Source: Chiloscyllium plagiosum
Taxonomy: Eukaryota
Direction of reading: 5' to 3'
Assembly (NCBI RefSeq): GCF_004010195.1
Contig: NC_057718.1
Coordinates: forward strand, 67,296,588 to 67,360,587
DNA length: 64,000 bases
The stretch's first letter is position 1. Each line of letters begins with the position of its first letter. The position numbers and the translations under genes are program-made. A model generated the notes under the pieces. It did not search any database. It saw only the letters and a list, made by a program, of their open reading frames with translations, and was not told the origin of the DNA. Shown here in pieces: positions 63,378 to 64,000 of this stretch.

Positions 63378-64000
63378 AGTCAAAAAGCACACAACACCGG
63401 CTTATAACCCAACAGGTTTATTTGAAACTGTAAGCTTTCAGGGCCCTAGCTTTCCTCAGGCAGCTGGTGAGAGAGAATACATCAGACCCAGAATTTATAA
63501 GTAAAAGATCAAAGGGTTATACAACTTATACGAATGCATTGAAAAAACCTAGATGGCTATTAAGTCTTTAATCAATAAGAATGGAGATGCAGGTTTTGAT
63601 TTGATTAATATGTAAATCTCAGAACTTCTTTCAAGTCCACTGCCCAAGATAACAGCCTCAACCGGGATTTTGGGTTCATGTCACACTACAGGTGACCTCA
63701 GCACACTATTCACTCTCACACATGGGCAAATACACACACACACACACACACTCACTCACACAAGCACACATATACTCTCACACAGGCATGTATTCCCTTA
63801 CACTTGTGCACACTCTGTCAAGCACACACACTCATACGCATGTATATAAACACATATACTTCCTCACACTCACAAACACTCTTGCAAGTGCGCATGCATG
63901 CACACACACAGACACCCCCCCCCCCCCCCCAACAATATCTCTCTCTCACACACATGCTCTCTCTCTCCCTCTCACACACACAAATCTAGGGGGTGAATTT
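63378..64000. mobile_element. PLE 3' fragment with inverted segment and CA/CT-rich 3' UTR, runs off the window
   Basis: LNRDFGFMSHY at ~63657-63690 resembles a PLE protein C-terminus. 63378-63460 resembles the 40487-40673 family. Confidence 0.55.
63712..63982 (+). repeat. Degenerate (CA)n/(CT)n microsatellite with poly-C
   Basis: Read directly from the sequence. Confidence 0.95.

Overview
Repeat-dominated, non-coding DNA from a vertebrate genome, most likely an elasmobranch (shark), inferred from many HE1-type tRNA-derived SINEs. I recognise no host protein-coding gene, tRNA or rRNA. The listed ORFs are short chance ORFs or fragments of decayed transposons. The window contains fossils of CR1/L2, Rex1/Babar, RTE and Tx1 LINEs, Penelope-like elements (PLEs), Gypsy LTR elements, PIF/Harbinger transposons, a pogo/Tigger-like end and an 80-nt N gap. 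Three things stand out. (1) Abundant ~125-230 bp PLE-derived inserts carry a minimal hammerhead-ribozyme motif, often occur as inverted pairs and repeatedly show ~14-bp target-site duplications. (2) A decayed pol at 13740-15570 (minus strand, absent from the ORF track) has retrovirus-type, foamy/loki-like RT and integrase motifs. (3) Several locally templated insertions look like DNA-repair scars. Boundaries of old elements are approximate and family names come from motif recognition, not database searches.
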